Shown: in pieces, positions 63,460 through 64,000 of the stretch | How the letters are laid out: each line of letters opens with the position of its first letter | Position numbering within the stretch: position 1 is the first letter of the stretch | From: Trichosphaerium sp. ATCC 40318 | Taxonomy: Eukaryota; Protista; Tubulinea | DNA length: 64,000 nt | Direction of reading: 5' to 3' | Assembly (NCBI GenBank): GCA_038496445.1 | Contig: JALMLS010000065.1 | Coordinates: 124,001 to 188,000, forward strand | Notes under the pieces: model-generated | What the model saw: the letters and a program-made list of their open reading frames with translations, nothing else | What the model was told of the DNA's origin: nothing | Databases searched by the model: none | Position numbers and translations under genes: made by a program

Positions 63460-64000
63460 TTAACTCACATTAATGAAACGTCCATTAGTCGCATCGTATT
63501 CGAGTGCAACTTCAGTATGTTTCGAATCGAATGTAACCTTACAAAGCTGCGAAGAAGCAAAATTGGATAAAACCTTGTAGCTTCTACCAATAACTGTATT
63601 AGGTTTAGAAGTCGGTGCTAGGAATACATATATATCATCAGAAGGTGTATAAACTCTTTTTGTTCCAGGAAGAAACGCTTCTCCAAAAGTAGCCACGTGT
63701 GGAAATGGCTGATCGTTCACTGTGATGTTTTGTGCTACACCAAAAACGAAATTGTTACTCTGTGATTCGTTGTAGAATATCCCAACTTGATCTTCATCGA
63801 CGTAAGGGGAGGAGATTCCACTCTTGAAATTGTTATGATTGAATGGATAAAGGTTTCCTTAGTTGATTTTCTTGACATCGCCCAAGATTAGCTCAGTGTC
63901 TGGAGCTAGTTGGAGTATGAAGCATATATATATATCGTTCAGAAGTATCAAGGGATGCATAGTTGTATTGAAACGTCGTAATGTCAGAAGTTTTCTAAAT
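63460..64000 (-). CDS. 3' part of an unidentified protein-coding gene
   Basis: Long open frame ending at 63460; 5' part lies outside the window. Confidence 0.5.

Overview
AT-rich, gene-dense eukaryotic DNA, probably a free-living amoeboid protist (inferred; not identifiable to taxon). Introns are very short (mostly 35-60 nt), with GTACGT/GTAAGT donors, CTAAC/CTGAC branch points and YAG acceptors; the standard genetic code fits every gene spliced by hand. About 30 genes or pseudogenes were reconstructed manually. Highlights: (1) a complete 5,282-bp IS630/Tc1/mariner element (21275-26556; 22-bp TIRs, TA duplication) filled by two divergent spliced genes, a DD38E transposase and a ~830-aa cargo gene with about 21 consecutive phase-0 introns, NLS-like motifs, a UIM, a p97-binding-like motif and a GRF zinc finger; (2) a predicted mitochondrial protein fusing Trp-rich ~65-aa repeats, a DUF559/RAP-like nuclease domain and an ATP-dependent DNA ligase; (3) a three-copy head-to-head cassette of a 60-aa Cys/Pro/Arg/Tyr peptide and a 134-aa Ig-like protein; (4) about 9-fold excess of CACGTG; (5) a secreted jacalin-aerolysin (Dln1/natterin-like) protein. 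All gene models and family calls come from reading and recall, not from database searches.
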